A stretch of 64,000 nt of DNA from Lytechinus pictus (taxonomy: Eukaryota): assembly GCF_037042905.1 (NCBI RefSeq), contig NC_087245.1, positions 15,688,001 through 15,752,000 of the forward strand, written 5' to 3'. Position 1 is the stretch's first letter. The number at the start of each line of letters is the position of its first letter. Below the pieces are notes generated by a model. The model saw only the letters and a program-made list of their open reading frames with translations, did no database searches and was not told the DNA's origin. Positions 60,141-64,000 of the stretch are shown in pieces. A program made the translations under genes and the position numbers.

Positions 60141-63100
60141 TTACGTCCAGTGAACACCATTCAAACGCCCAAGAGGAAGTTGAAACGAATGATTTAAATG
60201 AACGAACAAAAAACACAATCGAGTAGGCCTACTTAAGGTACCAAAAGGCTCATAACACATTTTCTTGTTCCTTTCCCCCGATCCAGTCGTATTATTCTAC
60301 TGCTAAATCTAATACCAAACCATATCCACTAATATCCCTTTTCTCTTTTAGTCATTATCATGTGAATGCCATACTGCATCGACCTCATCACATGAGCATT
60401 TTGCACGCTTTTCTAAGAATCGATGATGTTACAATTTTTCAGGGCCACAGCGAGATCTCACATAGAATGTTTGCGTGTACAGTAGCAGAAGGTTGTAAAT
60501 GATGGCAAAATCTCGCAGGACACGTGAAAGTCGACTAGCTATCAAATCAAAGGATTCTCCTTTGGGTTTTCGAACCTTACACTAAGTTATGCATCGCGGT
60601 CAGCTACGGCAATGACGGGTGGATGACACCATGGACAGGAGAATAAAAGAAAAAAAAAGAAGAAGATGATGAAATAGGGGAGGGGAAAAGAGGACATAGA
60701 TATTGGGGGAGAAAGAAAGCAAGGGGAGGAGAAAAAGAGGAAAGCGAGACTTTGATTTGGAAAGAGGGCAAGATTTGTTACGGCAGCCAAACGTCAATAA
60801 AGGCGCACGGAAACCCAAAGGAAACCCAAGCGCGCGGCGAACCGAAGGGGAAATAGGCGTGATCGATTTAACCGACAATGCGATCAATATCGGCTAGTTG
60901 CCGGCATGCATGGAATTCCTGTGTGAGTTAGAGAATTAGTGCAGATATTAGAAGTTGTTCTCTCACTTGGTCTTGAACGTGTGCGGCTTTAGTCGGTTCA
61001 GTAGTAGACAATTCACAAGAAGCCTTATCAAAATGAGTGGTGTGGTATAGAGATTGACGGTAGCATATATTATAATTAGTATTCACGCACGGTAACTTTT
61101 AGAAAGCGGTAATGATTATCCGGGGAAAAATGAAGGAGGATGAAGTAGAATGATAATAATAAGAAGTAAAAGAAGCAAGAAGAATGAGAAGAAGAAGAGT
61201 AAACAGGGGAAGAACAAAACGTTTTCGGCTATTAGACGAAACAATATCCATGAAGTATCCTTACAGTATGTGGCTTATCAGCCTTACATATGAAACCAGT
61301 AGCAGAGAGTTATTACAAGTCGGAGTCAGTGACCAGGGTAGGAAAATTACCAATCACAGAGTAAACTTTGTAATGATACATCATGCTTATGCAATGACAA
61401 CATAAATACCAAAAATAAAATTTTGCTTTTGAAATAACGATGCACAATATTATTGAACAACAAAATGTAGCGGACGTAATATTGCGAATGAGACAAAACC
61501 CACTTGTCCATTTGTAAAAAATGCAAAAATAAAAGTAATACAAATGGTAAAGAGGAATACAGAAAATCTAAATCCATATTTTTTTCTTTGCGGTTTTCCA
61601 TACTTCGACAAGAGAACTAAAAAAGACTACCTTTTAATATAAAACGTCCCGTATTATTGTCCGCTCCTTTGATATCCGATATGAATCGTGTTACATTCTT
61701 GCAAGGAAGCTAGTCTTTTCCCTCAGGTACACAACTTGGACCAAGGTCTCATTCTGTTACGGAAGCAGCGAGGAGGTTTACCTCGTTGGAATGGTCCATT
61801 CTTCAAAATGGTGTCCACAACTTAAGTGGTGGAAAATGAGACTCCAGGCAAAGCATATCAAGAGAAGAGAGGGGGAGGGAAACGAGTTCTTATCGTCATA
61901 TTCGCACAGTATTGCCACTATGCACTATATGGGTTGAAGATTGAATTACTAAGCAGCCAAACCATTTGGAACCAATTTCTTATCAATACTTTACATTGTA
62001 ACATTTGACGTGTATCAAATTCTGCGCTTTCTAAAAAAATAGAGTCATCATGGCTATGGTGTTATAGAGAGAGAGAGAACGGATGGTGAAAAATAGAGGT
62101 TTACGACTTAGAATTACGATTCACAAAATTAATATTAGGATAAGGCAAGGGCACTGTCAGGTGGAGGGTGCAGAGGTTAAGAAATTTTAAGACGATGGAT
62201 AACATTTCAAGAAGTTTTTTTTAAGTAGGGAAAAGCAGAAAACACAAGTAAAAAGAGTATAAAAATAGAGGTATAAGTCGTGTATATCCTTGTACTAATC
62301 GACTGAGAAAAAATCGCACATTAGCGGCGTCCCTGATTAGAGGGAATAAACCATCTTTATAATCGATAGTCATAAATCAAATTGAATAAGTTAACACCAA
62401 AATATCACATGAAAATTGAACGCTTTAAAATGAGTTTGAGGTTGTCTCGCGTGGTTTGTGTATGGAGGTGTGGGAATGTGCGAAAGGGCTAAGAATATTT
62501 TTGATGTGTATGTAAGACAAAAAGTGGCTGAAGAGAAGGAGAGAACAAGGAGAAGATAAATAGAGAGAAATAATAGGTTAAACAATAGGTAAACAGAGAT
62601 GAAGAGAGGGAGAGACAAAGAAAGAGTGTGTGGCTATATTCATGGTATTTAACACGTTTGATAATTTCCTTTAAAAAAGAAAAGAAAAAAAAAACTTCCT
62701 GTTGCTAGTAATCAGATACAATACCTGTACAAATATTACGAGGAAATTCTGATCTTTGCAAACATTTGATAGTGTCCGTAAAACCGTCTGCTATCAGGTG
62801 ATACTCTTCTTAAAAGGCCGAAATGCGCGGGAAAAAAACATGGCCTACCAGCGGCGCCTAAATTCCAAAGCGACGCTGACCTTGGAAGCGATTGCACCTG
62901 CTTGATGGTCACGGAATGGTTAGCTCCTCGGGCAAGGTCCTACAAAATGTTTTCAATCATTCTCGTTTTCCGTCTCGACATGGCCTTACTTTTGTTCCTT
63001 TTTTTTCTTCGGACATATAACTGCTGTTTGTTTAGCAGACGATGATTGGTAATGCTCACCATTCAGTAATTGGCGAATAAAACCGAATTGTCTTAATATT

Positions 63101-63609
63101 AAACATAAAAAGAGAAACAAGAATGATCCTCATCCTATATGATCCTAGGTTTTATATGCATGTGATAAAACAACACAAAACATTTAAAATATGCAGTGAG
63201 GGGAAAAATGTTTTGTCAATTATAAAGATCTTAGTTTATGAATAATGCACATTACTAAGGAAATTGATTCCTATTGACCACTGATAAATTATGTTTGACA
63301 TCGGGGTAAAAATATTGGCCAACTGATAGATTTCCGCCTGACTCAAGCATGTCGCCATATCGTAATACATGATATGTGTATATTCATCCGACAACGATGG
63401 CGGGGCTCTAATTAGGCCAAATCTATAATCTCTAGGCAAAACAGAGATAATGAAAGTCACATTTGAATGACTTAAGGTTAATTCATAAATATAGCAATTG
63501 ATTAACGATAACTTTAAAGGCCAGAAGTACTCCGACTAAAAAGTTTAATATGAAGAAGAAAATAAAAAAGGAAAAACTTACAATTTTATAAAAAATAGAT
63601 ACGTTATTA

Positions 63610-63790
63610 CTTGTTTTCTCTATCTCATTTTTTCTTTCGTTCTTTCCTTTTTCTTTCTTTCTTCCTTTCTTTCTTTCTTTTTTCTTTCTTCTTTCATTCT
63701 TTCTTTCTTTCTTTCTTTCTTTCTTGCTTTCTTGCTTTCTTCCTTTCCTTTTGTTCTTTCTTTCTTCCTTTCTTTCTCTCTTTCTGCTTT
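63610..63790. repeat. Degenerate (TTTC)n microsatellite
   Basis: Directly visible; explains ORFs 63483-63938. Confidence 0.9.
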
Positions 63791-64000
63791 TGTCATTCAC
63801 TTCAATTGTTTCATGAACCTATGTTGCCATTTGTTTCATTTTGCAATGCTTAGTTTGTTTCCTTCTTCATGGACTGTTTTTTTTCCTCCAAATTTTGATC
63901 TTTCTATCCCACTATTTATCTCCCAAAGCGTTGTATAGCCTCTCATGACCTTTGCCAGGGTAGTAAGAACATATACGACTTGCTAGTAGCGCATCCTCGG

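Noticed and set aside
60622..60642. RE1/NRSE-like CACCATGGACAG
   Set aside because: Only the core matches and both flanks deviate from the RE1 consensus.

Overview
This is AT-rich, intron-containing animal genomic DNA. The repeat style suggests an invertebrate deuterostome such as a sea urchin, which is inference only. The one protein-coding host gene I can support is a PPAR-like (NR1C) nuclear receptor on the + strand. I reconstructed it by hand as 8 phase-compatible GT-AG coding exons (8026-20310, 1656 nt, 551 aa); two exons (13622-13764 and 15201-15277, the first zinc finger) are absent from the ORF track. The receptor has an 8-residue D-box, a Cys/basic pre-DBD exon, a helix-3 Cys in register with human PPARgamma C285, and a 28-aa C-terminal tail. 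Upstream lie a complex local duplication carrying a twice-copied chain of AGGTCA-type half-sites (several DR1 spacings, a candidate autoregulatory PPRE array) and an internally deleted Harbinger-like element. The first coding intron holds a young, 5'-truncated CR1-group LINE with an uninterrupted ORF2. The remaining ~43 kb has no recognisable host coding exons. It contains MITEs (hAT-, Kolobok-, Harbinger- and CACTG-type), L2 and Rex1/Babar LINE fragments, a tRNA-derived SINE, microsatellites and several enhancer- or promoter-like unique blocks. No new biological system can be proven from sequence alone. The best candidate is a repeat- and duplication-built nuclear-receptor feedback element at an atypical invertebrate PPAR.
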